Source: a virus
Taxonomy: Duplodnaviria; Caudoviricetes
Strand: one strand, 5' to 3'
IMG/VR virus record: IMGVR_UViG_3300029288_000011
Coordinates: 2,669 to 66,668 of that record
Length of the DNA: 64,000 bases
In this document: positions 26,332-36,661 of the stretch, piece after piece
How positions within the stretch are numbered: the first letter of the stretch is position 1
Layout: every line of letters begins with the position of its first letter
Notes under the pieces: model-generated
Database searches by the model: none
What the model was told of the DNA's origin: nothing
Seen by the model: only the letters and a program-made list of their open reading frames with translations
Made by a program: the position numbers and the translations under genes

Positions 26332-26518
26332 ACAATGGTTTGACATAGGTCGATGCGTCTATTGTGGGGCTATATTATATGACCTACATTACCCTACATC
26401 AGTTGGCTGGAACCCAACCGGGCGTCACCGTTGGAAAGGCGGCGACCCGGATTGCAGACACCGCGCACTGGAAATGGAGGTAGATGACGATGAAATTCAT
26501 ACGAGCACAGATAACTGA
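26324..26518 (+). CDS. Small zinc-binding hypothetical protein
   Basis: CVYCG...CRH. Confidence 0.5.
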   Translation: MSEQWFDIGRCVYCGAILYDLHYPTSVGWNPTGRHRWKGGDPDCRHRALEMEVDDDEIHTSTDN

Positions 26519-26702
26519 CACCCTACACGACCGCTTGATGGCCCTCACCACACATCATGGTGAGTACACCCACTTGATTCGTAAAGCCATTCGCGAGTTC
26601 GTTACCAATGAGGAGGCCCGCCGTGGAATTGACAACACAACTAGACTTACAATCCAAGTGCAGCAAACTAAAACTAGTCCTTCCAAAATCCCTAACCCAT
26701 AA
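26484..26702 (+). CDS. Ribbon-helix-helix-like protein
   Basis: MKFIRAQITDTLHDRL...LIRKAIREFV. Confidence 0.55.
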   Translation: MTMKFIRAQITDTLHDRLMALTTHHGEYTHLIRKAIREFVTNEEARRGIDNTTRLTIQVQQTKTSPSKIPNP

Positions 26703-28962
26703 ACGCCTAGCTATTGTTGGTGAAGCACTAGGCGCAGACGAGGAGGAACAAGGTGATTACTTCGTTGGCAAGGCTGGGTTCTTACTTGATAAACTCCTTC
26801 GTGAGTGTGGTCTCATCCGTGATGCTATTCATATTACTAATGTTCTTAAAATACGTCCTCCGGATAACAAAGTACCCAGACTAGGTGAGTTAGGTCTAAC
26901 CATAGATGACTTCGTCCCATATCTAAAGGAAGAACTCTCACTTGTCAAACCTAACATTATCCTTGCATTAGGTGCCCCGGCCATGCAGGTTCTAACTGGC
27001 AAAGACGGTATAACCAAATGGCGCGGCTCGACGGTTCCTTGCACTTTAATCCCAGGGAACATACCAGTTGTGATCACTCTTCACCCGTCGTATATACAGC
27101 GTGGTCAGTGGCACCTATATCCATATGTTAGGCATGACTTTGAAACCTTTGCAGATATGGGATTTGGGTTGCATAAACAAACCCAACCATTTGAAATGTT
27201 GATTGAGCCTACACTAACTCAAATTATGGACTACTTAAACGAAATATACGAGACGTCCACTGAAACGTCCATAGACATAGAGACCGTTAACAAGACCCAC
27301 ATCACTTGTGTGGGGTTTACTAAGAATGAGAACTCGGCAATCTGCATACCTTTTCGTTCGAAGGGTCTACGTAACCACTGGGCCGAGCATGAGCAACTAC
27401 TTATACTTGAAGCGATGCGTCGTGTCTATCAGAAACCGGGCCTTGTCAAGATTGGTCAGAACTTCCTAGACTACGACGCCCATTACCTCTATCCGTTGTT
27501 AGGCTTCCCACGTGAACCCCTATTCGACACCCTCTATGCACATCAGTTAATTCACGCCGACGCGCGTCATGACCTAGGGTTCATCATAAGTGTCTACACC
27601 GACATGCCCTACCATAAAGACGACGCCAAAGACTGGGAATCTAAAAAACTCCCACACGATCAAGCCTTGTGGGAATACAACTGTCGTGATACAATAGGCA
27701 CACACCGTGCTGCACTTAAACTAAGGAGCGACCTACATGAATTGGGACTCTACGGTTTTCTCACCGGCTACATCATGCCATTCAAACGCGCCCTATTTGA
27801 GATGGAGTGGAGAGGAATATACGTTGATCAAGAACTGCGTGGGAGAATGGCAAAAGACATTGAAGATAACCTTTTACCAGACGCATTGTGGTGCATCGAA
27901 GAACTCACAGGTAAAGCTATTAATCCAAACTCATCCAAGCAGGTTGGGGAGTACCTCAACGACGTCCTCCACATACCCGTTCCAAGGACAGACAAAGGCA
28001 ACTACACAGTCGATGAGGATAAGTTAGAAGAACTCTTCGCGAGGTTTCCAAAGCATCGTCGTATCATGGAGATGTTTATATGCACCCGTAAGATGAAGGC
28101 TAAGGACTTGGGTACCTATCTCACTGCACCCTTATCAAGTGACGGTCGCCTACGCACTAGCTTTGGCATAGCTAAAACCGGTAGACTCACCTCTGGTACT
28201 AACCACCGTGGCGAGGGCACGAACCTCCAGAACCAGCCCAAGCGATTGCGCGTGGTTTATAAAGCCGACCCCGGTCGTAAGTTACTATGTCCTGACCTCG
28301 TAGGTGCTGAAGCCTTCGTAACTGTCTGGCAATCCGGGGCAAAGAAACTCAAAGCTGAGATGTTGAAAGGTAAAAAAATCCATGCTATCGTCGCCAACTG
28401 GATCACCGGCAAACCCATTAGCGAACTCCCACCCGAAACCTACCGCAACATAAAAGCCTGTGTGCATGGTAGCAACTATAAAATGGGCGTGAACAAATTC
28501 GCCAAGACCATAGGCTCAACCGTTGAAGAAGCCAAGCGTGTGCGTGAACAATACTTTGCTGTGTTTCCTGAGTTGGCTGGGTATCATGCATGGGTAGAGA
28601 ATGAAGTTGTCACCAAACGTAAACTCATCACGCCTTATGGACGGGTACGTATATTCACAGGCGACTTGAAAAAAGACGATATGTATTCTGCTTATTCACA
28701 AATTCCACAATCCACTATTGCGGACACAATAAATACAGGGATACTCGGTCTTTGGTTGGTGAAGCCAGACGATATATACTTACTGCTACAAGTACATGAT
28801 GAAGTTGTAATAGAGCTACTTCCAGACAGAATTGAGTGGTTCAAACTGTACATAGAAGCACATCTATCCAAACTACGCGAACTATGGATTGGAGATGATT
28901 ATTTAGTTATTCCAGTGGACATAGGTAAGGCTAAGGACAGGTGGTACGGAGGTGAAAAGTAA
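26623..28962 (+). CDS. polA: Family A DNA polymerase with N-terminal uracil-DNA-glycosylase domain and 3'-5' exonuclease
   Basis: AIVGEALG..EE...FVGKAG, ITNV, TLHPSY (UDG); IDIET (ExoI); TGRLTS, QNQP, DLVGAE, KACVHGSNY, QVHDE. Confidence 0.92.
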   Translation: MELTTQLDLQSKCSKLKLVLPKSLTHKRLAIVGEALGADEEEQGDYFVGKAGFLLDKLLRECGLIRDAIHITNVLKIRPPDNKVPRLGELGLTIDDFVPYLKEELSLVKPNIILALGAPAMQVLTGKDGITKWRGSTVPCTLIPGNIPVVITLHPSYIQRGQWHLYPYVRHDFETFADMGFGLHKQTQPFEMLIEPTLTQIMDYLNEIYETSTETSIDIETVNKTHITCVGFTKNENSAICIPFRSKGLRNHWAEHEQLLILEAMRRVYQKPGLVKIGQNFLDYDAHYLYPLLGFPREPLFDTLYAHQLIHADARHDLGFIISVYTDMPYHKDDAKDWESKKLPHDQALWEYNCRDTIGTHRAALKLRSDLHELGLYGFLTGYIMPFKRALFEMEWRGIYVDQELRGRMAKDIEDNLLPDALWCIEELTGKAINPNSSKQVGEYLNDVLHIPVPRTDKGNYTVDEDKLEELFARFPKHRRIMEMFICTRKMKAKDLGTYLTAPLSSDGRLRTSFGIAKTGRLTSGTNHRGEGTNLQNQPKRLRVVYKADPGRKLLCPDLVGAEAFVTVWQSGAKKLKAEMLKGKKIHAIVANWITGKPISELPPETYRNIKACVHGSNYKMGVNKFAKTIGSTVEEAKRVREQYFAVFPELAGYHAWVENEVVTKRKLITPYGRVRIFTGDLKKDDMYSAYSQIPQSTIADTINTGILGLWLVKPDDIYLLLQVHDEVVIELLPDRIEWFKLYIEAHLSKLRELWIGDDYLVIPVDIGKAKDRWYGGEK

Positions 28963-28963
28963 C

Positions 28964-29482
28964 ATGAGTGGGTATGCAGAAAACTTACTTGGACGCAGAT
29001 TTGGTAAGTTAGTGGTGTTAGAAAAAATCAACACACACAAAGTTACTTCTAGGAGTGCGTGGTGGAAGTGTCAATGTGATTGTGGAAATATAACAGAAGT
29101 CGCTGCAAGACACTTAAAAGCTAAACTCAAACCTAAAACAGACTGCGGTTGTGTTAAGGGATACTCAAAAAGTGGCACGTATATATCGTATAGAAGTATG
29201 AGAAATAGATGTCTGAATAAAAACTCACCAGACTATCCTAAATACGGAGGTCGTGGGATAACTGTCTGTGGACGGTGGTTAGACAGCTTTGAAAACTTTT
29301 CGAAAGATATGGGTCCACGTCCAATAGGAACGACGTTAGATAGGAAAGATAAGTTAGGGAACTATGAACCATCAAATTGTAAATGGTCAACATACCACGA
29401 GCAAACATTAAACAGGAGTACGTCACTAATTTCAAAAGAAGAACTGGATCGCTTAAATAAGACACTTGGTTTTGTCAAGTAG
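28964..29482 (+). mobile_element. Free-standing HNH homing endonuclease
   Basis: GRRFGKLVV, WKCQCDCG, YGGRGITVC, LDRKD..GNYEPSNCKW; AT-richer than its neighbours. Confidence 0.85.
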
Positions 29483-29490
29483 GAGGTCAT

Positions 29491-29814
29491 ATGCCACAAT
29501 TTTATCCACCCACACCAGAAGAACAACAAAGGATGCACAACATAATCACAGCAGTCTTAGATCAACTCTATCCACGTGATAAAATTACCTTACTCAATCG
29601 TGACGAAACCTACCACTTATGCAACCTGGTAAGTGAAGTCACAGGCCACATACAAGAATACTCCAACTTAGTTTGGAGTCACTTCAACCACTTAAACAAA
29701 CCAACCGTTGATCCGAGTCATGAAGTGTTGTTACGTAAGCTAGAACGTGCGTTGAATAACCGTGGACTAGATATTAACAACCTAATCAATTCATTAAATG
29801 AAGGGAGTAAGTGA
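29491..29814 (+). CDS. Hypothetical protein
   Basis: ORF track, RBS AGGAGG. Confidence 0.65.
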   Translation: MPQFYPPTPEEQQRMHNIITAVLDQLYPRDKITLLNRDETYHLCNLVSEVTGHIQEYSNLVWSHFNHLNKPTVDPSHEVLLRKLERALNNRGLDINNLINSLNEGSK

Positions 29815-29990
29815 TGACCGACCAATTACATGATTTCTATGTCAAAGGTTCAGATGGTGTTGTGTATCGTGCCATCTACGCACTAGATAACGACTTCTAT
29901 CTAGTATGCAACACCAACGTCGACGTCACCGATATGCCAGTTCCAGTGTATGTAATCCGAGGTGAGAAAGTAGAGGACTTCAACGCATGA
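29814..29990 (+). CDS. Hypothetical 58-aa protein
   Basis: MTDQLHDFYVKGSDG...; coupled at both ends; below track cutoff. Confidence 0.55.
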   Translation: MTDQLHDFYVKGSDGVVYRAIYALDNDFYLVCNTNVDVTDMPVPVYVIRGEKVEDFNA

Positions 29991-30211
29991 CCACCTTCGA
30001 CCTCATAACCTGGGGTTTAAACCTAGGAGCACTCATTGGCGTGATACTTAACATTAAGCATCGCCGTGAGTGCTTCTATTTTTGGTTTGTTACTAACGCT
30101 GGTTGGTGTATCGTTGACTACTACAAAGGCATCTACGCTCAAGCAGCACTATTTTTCGTCTACTGGTTACTCGCAATCTGGGGTATCTTCGCCTGGAGGT
30201 CTAAGTCCTAA
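29987..30211 (+). CDS. Half-size PnuC-like membrane protein
   Basis: Three TM segments; FYFWFVTNAGW...GIYAQAALFFVYWLLAIWG..AW. Confidence 0.6.
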   Translation: MTTFDLITWGLNLGALIGVILNIKHRRECFYFWFVTNAGWCIVDYYKGIYAQAALFFVYWLLAIWGIFAWRSKS

Positions 30212-31395
30212 TGCCACGTAAATGCTCCCCGTCGTTTATGGAATCCTACCTCGAATACACCCGTTACCAGGAGTCTCCCGCACGGTTCCATTCATGGACC
30301 TCACTCTATGCTATATCGTCGGCGGTGAAACGTAACGTCTATATAGACAAATTCTACTACCGCCTATACCCTAATCTCTACATTGCACTCGTTGGTCCCA
30401 GTGCTGCTGTCAAAAAAACCACCGCCGCAGATATAGCAGCAGGGTTAATTGAGACCCTACCAAAGATTCTATTTCTCAAAGGTAAAGTCACCGCTTGGGA
30501 GTTTTTCCACGAACTTGGCAATGCCACTAAAATCGGAGACGCGGCCGCGAGTATCTATTCACCAGAAGCTAAAAACTTATTTGGTGACCTAGGTAAGATA
30601 GAACTAGTCACGATGCTAACTGACCTCTATGGCTCACCAAGCTCATTTACATATCGCACTCTCAAGCACGGTACCATAAACATCAAAAACGTCTGCATCA
30701 ACCTAATGATCTGCTCTACACCCGAATGGCTCATAACAGGTACCACCACTGATGAGATCGCAGGTGGTTGGACAGGACGATTCGTATACATTTTTGAAGA
30801 AACCTGTGACCGTAGTATAGCCTTCCCAGAAGACTTCATCACGCCTGAGTTGCAACAAGTCAAACAAGACCTCATAGAGGACTTGCTAGACATCTCTCAG
30901 GCCAGTGGAGAATTCGTCATAACTCCACAGGCCAAGGCTGAGTATCTAATTTGGTACAACTCCCGCAAGTCCGAATGGAAAGACGAACGTCTTATGGGCT
31001 ACTATGGACGCAAAGCTGACCTAGTTTGGAAAATCGCTATGTTGATCTCACTCTCACGTGATAACTCACTCGTTATTAACGAAGAGATACTAGCCTATGC
31101 TTGGGGTATGTTAAAAGACATAGAAGGTAGTATGGGTAAAGCCCTTGCGCATGTTATTGATGACCCCGCACTAAGATACAAAGATTCTGTAGTGTCATAT
31201 ATTGTTAACCAACCTGGACATCGTGCAACTAGAGTAGCTATTCTAAAGAAATTTTGGAACAGATTTGATTCAGATATGTTAGATAGAATTATACGAAATG
31301 CTCTGGAGTGTAGAACTATTAAACAGTATAGTGTTCACCAAGGCAAGACCTCAGACATAATGTATGAAATTAACGAAGACCCGATTAATCCATAA
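30211..31395 (+). CDS. DUF3987/YfjI-like P-loop protein
   Basis: ESPARFHSW, LYPNLYIALVGPS..KKT, GGWTGRF. Confidence 0.7.
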   Translation: MPRKCSPSFMESYLEYTRYQESPARFHSWTSLYAISSAVKRNVYIDKFYYRLYPNLYIALVGPSAAVKKTTAADIAAGLIETLPKILFLKGKVTAWEFFHELGNATKIGDAAASIYSPEAKNLFGDLGKIELVTMLTDLYGSPSSFTYRTLKHGTINIKNVCINLMICSTPEWLITGTTTDEIAGGWTGRFVYIFEETCDRSIAFPEDFITPELQQVKQDLIEDLLDISQASGEFVITPQAKAEYLIWYNSRKSEWKDERLMGYYGRKADLVWKIAMLISLSRDNSLVINEEILAYAWGMLKDIEGSMGKALAHVIDDPALRYKDSVVSYIVNQPGHRATRVAILKKFWNRFDSDMLDRIIRNALECRTIKQYSVHQGKTSDIMYEINEDPINP

Positions 31396-31406
31396 GGAGA
31401 AATGTT

Positions 31407-31934
31407 GTGAACAAAATACCAGACTTAATAGGACAACGATTCGGCAAATTGGTTGTAATAAGTTTTCATGGTTTAAATAAACAGAATAAATCTATGTGGG
31501 AATGTATCTGTGATTGTGGTAAACATAAAGTTATACGTGGTTCTTTACTACGTTATGGAACATCACAGAGTTGCGGTTGTTTACGTACTAAAAGTGTGAC
31601 CAAACATGGATTATGGGGTAGTCCCACCTATTCTAGTTGGCATGGTATGAAACAACGTTGCGCTAATCCAAACAGAGACGTTTATAAGGACTATGGTGGT
31701 AGAGGAATTACTATGTGTGAGCGTTGGAACAAGTTTGAAAAATTTTTAGAGGATATGGGAGAGTGTCCTAAAGGATTAACCCTAGATAGAATAGACAACA
31801 ACGGTAATTATGAACCCGGTAATTGTCGATGGGTGTCGATGTTAGAACAAACATACAACAGGAGAAAGAATAACACATTAACCATTGATGAAACTAAGAA
31901 GCTCTACCATAATTTTGGTATAAAAGGTTACTAG
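31407..31934 (+). mobile_element. Free-standing HNH homing endonuclease, paralogue of 28964-29482
   Basis: GQRFGKLVV, WECICDCG, YGGRGITMCERW, LDRIDNNGNYEPGNCRW. Confidence 0.88.
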
Positions 31935-31962
31935 ATTCTTCGTTGGAACCATAGGAGGACTT

Positions 31963-32325
31963 ATGACCCTAGAAACCCGGCCCGAAACGCTCATGGGCAA
32001 GACTCATAGGATTCGCACAGGATACGGATGGCTATACGTAACCATTAATGAACTAGACTCCAAACCCGTAGAAGTCTTTGCCACCATAGGTAAAAGTGGC
32101 GCATCCATTATGGCAAAAGCCGAAATCGTTGGACGCTTCGTATCGCTATGCCTACGCTACGACATCCCTCTCAAAGAAATAATCGACCAACTCATAGACG
32201 TCTCAGGCTCGGAGCAACTCCCTGTAGGCGACACAGTTATCAAATCCATACCTGATGCAGTAGGTAAGTTACTCCATCACTTGTACATAAAAACTCCACC
32301 CAAACAACAAGTGGAGTCTCTATGA
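31963..32325 (+). CDS. Stand-alone TSCPD-like domain (class II ribonucleotide reductase C-terminus)
   Basis: TGYGWLYVTIN, PVEVFATIGKSG, IIDQL, SIPDAVGK. Confidence 0.75.
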   Translation: MTLETRPETLMGKTHRIRTGYGWLYVTINELDSKPVEVFATIGKSGASIMAKAEIVGRFVSLCLRYDIPLKEIIDQLIDVSGSEQLPVGDTVIKSIPDAVGKLLHHLYIKTPPKQQVESL

Positions 32326-32393
32326 AACTATTAGGCTTTATAGTCTACTTCATAATCATAGCGTTTCTTATAGCTATATGGAGTTACCAATGA
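32322..32393 (+). CDS. 23-aa single-TM peptide at the convergence point
   Basis: MKLLGFIVYFIIIAFLIAIWSYQ; ATGA overlap; RBS GGAG. Confidence 0.4.
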   Translation: MKLLGFIVYFIIIAFLIAIWSYQ

Positions 32394-35300
32394 CGTGCGT
32401 TGGGTGGTTTCTTAGCGTCTATCGTCCGCTTACCAGCCAGCCACGTCCAGGGTGGTTCACCCCTGGCTGACTCCCTACCAATTTTCGTAGCCTGCGCTGT
32501 CCCAGGTACCCCAAACCCCTTAGCAGCTAACTCAGCAGACTTAGCCGTGAAAATGTCACCCTTATATAACTGTCTAACCGCTTCCTCACCAAACTTCACC
32601 GCAGGTCCGAACGGAGTTTGACCATATCTAATCCCACCACCTATCACCGGGACATTCTCAAGTAGCTCCTTAGCCATCTGCCAACTAGCACTAGGCAAGG
32701 ACTCTCCTTCTTCCAACGCTTCAGCAGCAGCCCGAAGTGGCGTAGGGAACGGTGAATTCATACCCATGAAGTCTTCATACAGCATATTAATCAACGTCGT
32801 AGACACAATATACTTCCCTAACTTCTCAAACCTCTCCTTGGAGTTAATTCTCGGATTACCCATCCCTAGTACGTCCCGGATGAAAAAATTCCAGTCATTA
32901 ATTACAAACGTCTGCAGCAACGTCAACATCCTACCTTCTTGACTCCGCTGAATCTTAGCAATATCACTCGGTGCCCCGGACGCTTGGGTCTTAACCACTA
33001 CATCATCAGCATAGTTAGCTGCTTTACTCTTACTCAACCCATCAGCCATACCTTTTCTATATGCACCTCTCCATGTAGTCCACGCGGTTGCAATATCTAA
33101 CCACTGAATAGGCTTCATACCAGCTTTACCAATGACTTGCTTAGTCTGACCTATCCTCCCGCCTCTTATGGCATCGAACGCCTGTTGCATAGACACATCA
33201 TAAGCTCTACCTAACAATACGTTAGACCTACCAAACGGTTCACGCCAGAGTCGCCTATTGCCGATTGACTCAATTAAGTCTCTCACCCCTTGAAAGGTAT
33301 GTTTGACTCCTATCTCTGGTATCGTGTTTCTCAACGCACTAAACTGTATCAACATGGTTCTCAAATTATAACTAAGCAACGCAAACGTCATGTTTCTATT
33401 CAACGCCATGATAGCTCTAGCAACGTTACCATGTAGCAACACCGTGCCTTGTTGTATACCTGTTTGATATGTCAACCAATCATTCACATACTTATAGAAG
33501 TTAGGATGTGTTTGGGACAACTGCCATTTATCACCCGTCGCGGCGTCTTGGAAAATCCCACTCAACTCTCTAATCTTAGCAATCCTTGGACTCATGTGGA
33601 TATGTTTAACTGCCTGAGGTAGATACTTCTCCATAATCGTGAAGGCATCCAGCTCAAGTGGTAGCAACTCCTTACCTCTATGCTTAGCATACTTAAACGG
33701 TGTCGCAGTAGGATGAATGAACCGCTCAAGTGTGTCCAACCCCTGGGTCATGGGGTTCATACCTAGGTTCTCTAACTTACTAAAATCATGCATAAAGGTG
33801 AAGTAGTTTTCAACCTTCGGAAACGGGGCATGACCACTAGCAACCCTAGCTGCGTTTAATCTTAGGTAAAACTCATCCAGCTTCTCACGCATCAACTTAT
33901 AAACCTGCATCTCACTATCACTCAGCTTAGGTACCTCTGTTATACCCATAGCTTTCAACCGTTCTAACCCATCATTATACCAAACCATTTGTTTACTTTT
34001 GGGATCACGTATATATGATCTCTGTTGCGCAATAGCATACGTCCCGATTCGTTTCCTAGCGTTGTAGTCAATCATCTCACGGAGGGTTTGCATCCACTTA
34101 TCAACCGTCCTGCGCTCGACTGCTACAGCATGTTCACCTTCCTTAATGGGTCTATAAAATAGTTCCTTAGCCTCTGGTCCGGCGTATTCAAACACCCGTA
34201 TAGGATTCTCAAATAACTCCCTATACGTACTCATAGGTATCTCATTCAAATTTTGAGCTATGTTACGCTCTAGACCCTTGACCTCAGGTGCGTATAACTT
34301 CTTACCCTTGAACGTAATCGTCCTGCGTTTCTTAACCGTCTCGTTCCAGTCAGTCGTGAACAACTTCTCATTAGGTATCTGCTTCTGAAACGGGGTTTTC
34401 ATTTGAGACTCGGCACGTATAATTTTGATCCTGTCAACTAAATCATCAAACATCTTCTGGAACCCTAACATATCCAACGTAACCGTAGGCACTTCCTGAG
34501 CCTGTCCAAGCCTAACCAAGTCATCCATGCCCATAGACTTAAATCTTAGTTTACCTTTGTCCTCACTTAGATACGACACCCACATCTTATTCTTAATGTT
34601 AGGATCAGGCACGATACCTACTATCGTCCCAAACCCAGGTACTTTATCACCCTTCTTGACCGACCTAAACGTCTTCCCAGGTACCACTGCAGTGGCTTTT
34701 TCTTCTTGTGTTAATCCAACGCTTGGTCTCTCAACAGACACCCCAACATCTGCTAAGTCATCAAATATATCACTCTCACCTTCAGCTACTCTCATCCCAG
34801 GTTCCGGGGCTTCTACGTCTGATTTGGGGCGTATCACTTGAGTACCCTTAGTAGGTGTGACAGGTGGACTAGGCTCAACCTTAGGTGCAACTTTAACTTC
34901 TGCCTTAACTGGAGGTGCTTTTTTCTCAACAACCGGTGGCTTAACCTTCGTAGCTACTGTTTTTCCTTCCTGCACCAACGGCTCAGTAAACTGTCCACTC
35001 CCTAAGGTCTTCTCCAAGTCCGGCATCGCAGCTTTTAGTGTTCTCCCAACCGCACTATCCTCAGCCTCTATAACCTTTAATGCACTCAACGTGTCAGTAG
35101 GCCCAAACACTTCCTTAGCTGCTTGTACCAACACACCCAAATCAAACGTCTCAACCTCTGTACCCGGCACCCCTCTAGCAAAAGACTTATTCAACATATT
35201 CACGAACGTTCCATACAACTCATCTTGCTTCTGTTGTGCTACCTTCATATCCCCATACGAAGGCATCCCTAACCTCTTTCTAACCTGATTAATAAACCCC

Positions 35301-36661
35301 AAGGCACTTACACCACTACTCTTAGCCAAGTGACCCTCAGCTACATACCTTTCTTTCCTAACCCTAGCAGCTTCCATTATACGTTTAGCCGCTTCAGGTA
35401 TTGTAGCTGGCTCATTAGGTATTGCGGTTCCCATCGTAGCCTTAGGTGCAACATCACCACCGGTCACTACGGGTTGTGTTCTGCCTAATGTCTCGGCCTG
35501 TGGTATGCCAACCTTCAAGTCCATTCCTAGCGTTGGCGCGATACTCTCACCTTCTACAATCCCACCAGCAGGTACCGGCTTAGGTGGTACTCCCTTAATA
35601 TCAGGCATCGTCGCGCCTTGCATCACAACACCACCACTTCTACCAACTTCTGATGACGGTACCTGAACCTTAGACAACGACTCACCTTCTACGATGCCAC
35701 CCTTGTCAACGTTTTTAATCTCAGGTTGATAGTTAACCTGTCTACCTGCACCCGGTTGTATATTCTGCCACGTCGCGCCTTCTTTGATACCCCACAACCT
35801 AGCATCATACGCCTTTCTAAGAGTGTGCGCGATCTTACGCTTCATATGTACATCATCTAACTCACTCAAATACTTAATCTGATCCATCACATGTGGAGGT
35901 ATCTCACCCACGAACCCTTTAGGTACCTTTAACTTAGCCAGTTGTGCAGCCGGTACCAACGCCATAGAAGGATCAGTTATAACTTCCATTATCAACTTAA
36001 TACTCGGCGCGAGTCGCTTGGCCCAGACTTTAGAATCCTTAACTCCTATCTCCTCAAACCCGGCTTCTAAGTCCTGGTCAATAGTCTTACCCATGTGCAT
36101 CTTGTAGTAGTCTTCAAACGTCACACCCCATTTGCCAGGTGTTGAGATGCTCTCTAACGTACTCACGAACCCGGCCCCCATTCTAACAGCGATCTGCTGC
36201 CAATACGGCATCTTCCAAAACTGTTGTGGATCATACGTCTCAGCAGACATATACCCCAACATAAACGGCTGACCAGTCATAGCATTTAACGTACCCAATC
36301 CTACTCCTGCTGTCCTAGATGCTACCTTCAACGCACCCACACCAGCTTCAGCCATAGGTGATAGTGGTTCTTTAACTGCTAGGCTATTCAAGTAACTATC
36401 AAAATTAGACTTCCCTTGAGGTTGCTCCTTAATCTCTAACCTATTCATTGCACTTATGAAGTTTCCTTCGTTGTCTGGACTAGCCTCTAAATAACCACGT
36501 GTCTTATCGGCTAATTTTAAGTCACTCATTGGATCGGTTCCAAGTTCATACGCACGTCTATGTTCAGTCGTTAACTGTTCAAGCTCATTCGTGGCAGTGA
36601 GTGGTTGGACCGTTACTGGTGTTACACCAATACTACTCCAATCGCGTTGTGCACTTACCAT
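32384..36661 (-). CDS. Large internal virion / DNA ejection protein, 1425 aa
   Basis: Last gene of the tail operon; size; C-terminal helical and hydrophobic region typical of podovirus ejection proteins. Confidence 0.7.
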   Translation of the reverse strand: MVSAQRDWSSIGVTPVTVQPLTATNELEQLTTEHRRAYELGTDPMSDLKLADKTRGYLEASPDNEGNFISAMNRLEIKEQPQGKSNFDSYLNSLAVKEPLSPMAEAGVGALKVASRTAGVGLGTLNAMTGQPFMLGYMSAETYDPQQFWKMPYWQQIAVRMGAGFVSTLESISTPGKWGVTFEDYYKMHMGKTIDQDLEAGFEEIGVKDSKVWAKRLAPSIKLIMEVITDPSMALVPAAQLAKLKVPKGFVGEIPPHVMDQIKYLSELDDVHMKRKIAHTLRKAYDARLWGIKEGATWQNIQPGAGRQVNYQPEIKNVDKGGIVEGESLSKVQVPSSEVGRSGGVVMQGATMPDIKGVPPKPVPAGGIVEGESIAPTLGMDLKVGIPQAETLGRTQPVVTGGDVAPKATMGTAIPNEPATIPEAAKRIMEAARVRKERYVAEGHLAKSSGVSALGFINQVRKRLGMPSYGDMKVAQQKQDELYGTFVNMLNKSFARGVPGTEVETFDLGVLVQAAKEVFGPTDTLSALKVIEAEDSAVGRTLKAAMPDLEKTLGSGQFTEPLVQEGKTVATKVKPPVVEKKAPPVKAEVKVAPKVEPSPPVTPTKGTQVIRPKSDVEAPEPGMRVAEGESDIFDDLADVGVSVERPSVGLTQEEKATAVVPGKTFRSVKKGDKVPGFGTIVGIVPDPNIKNKMWVSYLSEDKGKLRFKSMGMDDLVRLGQAQEVPTVTLDMLGFQKMFDDLVDRIKIIRAESQMKTPFQKQIPNEKLFTTDWNETVKKRRTITFKGKKLYAPEVKGLERNIAQNLNEIPMSTYRELFENPIRVFEYAGPEAKELFYRPIKEGEHAVAVERRTVDKWMQTLREMIDYNARKRIGTYAIAQQRSYIRDPKSKQMVWYNDGLERLKAMGITEVPKLSDSEMQVYKLMREKLDEFYLRLNAARVASGHAPFPKVENYFTFMHDFSKLENLGMNPMTQGLDTLERFIHPTATPFKYAKHRGKELLPLELDAFTIMEKYLPQAVKHIHMSPRIAKIRELSGIFQDAATGDKWQLSQTHPNFYKYVNDWLTYQTGIQQGTVLLHGNVARAIMALNRNMTFALLSYNLRTMLIQFSALRNTIPEIGVKHTFQGVRDLIESIGNRRLWREPFGRSNVLLGRAYDVSMQQAFDAIRGGRIGQTKQVIGKAGMKPIQWLDIATAWTTWRGAYRKGMADGLSKSKAANYADDVVVKTQASGAPSDIAKIQRSQEGRMLTLLQTFVINDWNFFIRDVLGMGNPRINSKERFEKLGKYIVSTTLINMLYEDFMGMNSPFPTPLRAAAEALEEGESLPSASWQMAKELLENVPVIGGGIRYGQTPFGPAVKFGEEAVRQLYKGDIFTAKSAELAAKGFGVPGTAQATKIGRESARGEPPWTWLAGKRTIDAKKPPNARHW

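Noticed and set aside
28964-31934. Group I introns carrying the HNH genes
   Set aside because: The flanking genes are complete and there is almost no non-coding space for intron structure
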